This document shows, piece after piece, positions 63,301 to 64,000 of a stretch of 64,000 nucleotides of DNA. Each line of letters starts with the position of its first letter. The stretch's first letter is position 1. Position numbers and translations under genes: made by a program. Below the pieces are notes generated by a model that did no database searches, had not been told where the DNA came from, and saw only the letters and a list, made by a program, of their open reading frames with translations. This DNA comes from Protoeuglena noctilucae. Lineage: Eukaryota. The DNA lies in assembly GCA_958009085.1 (NCBI GenBank), contig OY253668.1, positions 806,001 through 870,000 of the forward strand, read 5' to 3'.

Positions 63301-64000
63301 CCCACGAGCTTGTGCTGCGGAGCGTTCACGAGGGGGTCGAGGTCAGTGGCTGCCTGCCGGCGGCTCTGCAAGCATTTCGCGCCGCGCCTCGCCGTGCTTC
63401 CGCACCGTTGCGAAGCGTCCCTCGGCGGGCGCCCTGTCCGGCGGGGGCCCGCTCTCGAGCCGCGACTCTGCCGCCGTCCGGGCGGGCTTGACGAGCCGGA
63501 GGGTGCGCAGGCGCGCCCCGTCGCTGCGGGCCCGGCCGTGGGCAGCGACCCGGACCTGGCCGGGCGAGGTGGGATGGGCCGCGTCGCCCGCTTCGTCCCC
63601 GACGTGCTTCTTCGCCGGCGTTGCGAGCGTCTCCTGCAATCGTGGGGGTTGGGTGGGGCGTGACCGTTCGTCGCCCTGGCTGGGCGCCCGCACCGCTGCC
63701 GTGCCCGGCTCGCCCCCTCGCCTCGACGCTGAGGGGTGCGTGGGGCACCCAGACGGTGCGCACTGCCGCAACGACGTCCGGGCGATGGGAGAGGACCATG
63801 TCCTGGGGCAGGGCCGCAAACGAGTAGCGGTACGGCGACGTGAAGCAGTTGCGGACCACGAGCGACGCGCAGAGCTGGATGCTCCGGAGGGCCCGAAACT
63901 GCACGCCCGCCTGCTCCTGCATCAGCGCCTCGAGGTCCACGCACAGCACGTGCCACCCGGACGCCTCGGGGCGCACAGGGACGCGCACCGAGAGGTCCCC
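57370..64000 (-). CDS. WDR90: WD-repeat protein 90 / POC16 (centriole protein; DUF667 end plus many WD40 repeats); 5' part lies beyond the window
   Basis: WHVLCVDL...LRSIQLCASLVVRNCFTS..Y..LPQDM marks the DUF667 end. Then FRGHAAAVSTISF, VRVWDY, ATGSSDHLLRLWLMDFTDFVLEAEHEGPV and YTVLMRSHRDDV..TVRAWD. Confidence 0.9.

Overview
Eukaryotic nuclear DNA from a compact, very GC-rich (about 70% by eye) intron-rich green alga. Plant-type TPS1, KEG-type kinase and PA-TM-RING genes point to Viridiplantae, and WDR90/POC16 implies centrioles or flagella. The ORF track misleads because nearly every gene is spliced. I reconstructed 24 protein-coding genes by hand: beta-tubulin, thioredoxin-UBX fusion, CX5R phosphatase, rhodanese, RNI-like LRR protein, TMEM205, TBC Rab-GAP, ISWI, secreted plant-type LRR protein, SLX9, p23, a coiled-coil protein, a multi-PAS protein, secreted EEP nuclease, TMEM14, GH1 glucosidase, C1orf52-like, PA-TM-RING, fructokinase, DUF3598-like, TPS1, TVP23, KEG-like RING-kinase and WDR90 (cut by the window end). 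I saw no rRNA, tRNA, CRISPR array or transposon. Main oddities: (1) about 20 GC-AG introns, over 10% of those inferred; (2) a KEG-like RING-kinase with a different C-terminus (UBA-like, beta-helix, TM); (3) a WCGPC thioredoxin fused to a UBXN4/PUX11-type p97 adaptor; (4) a triple-PAS protein ending in a degenerate H-box with no ATPase domain; (5) an intron made of two tandem GT..CAG units, a possible recursive splice site; (6) near-strict strand alternation, with convergent stops only 22-82 bp apart. Family calls come from motif recognition, not database searches, and exon boundaries outside conserved regions are approximate.
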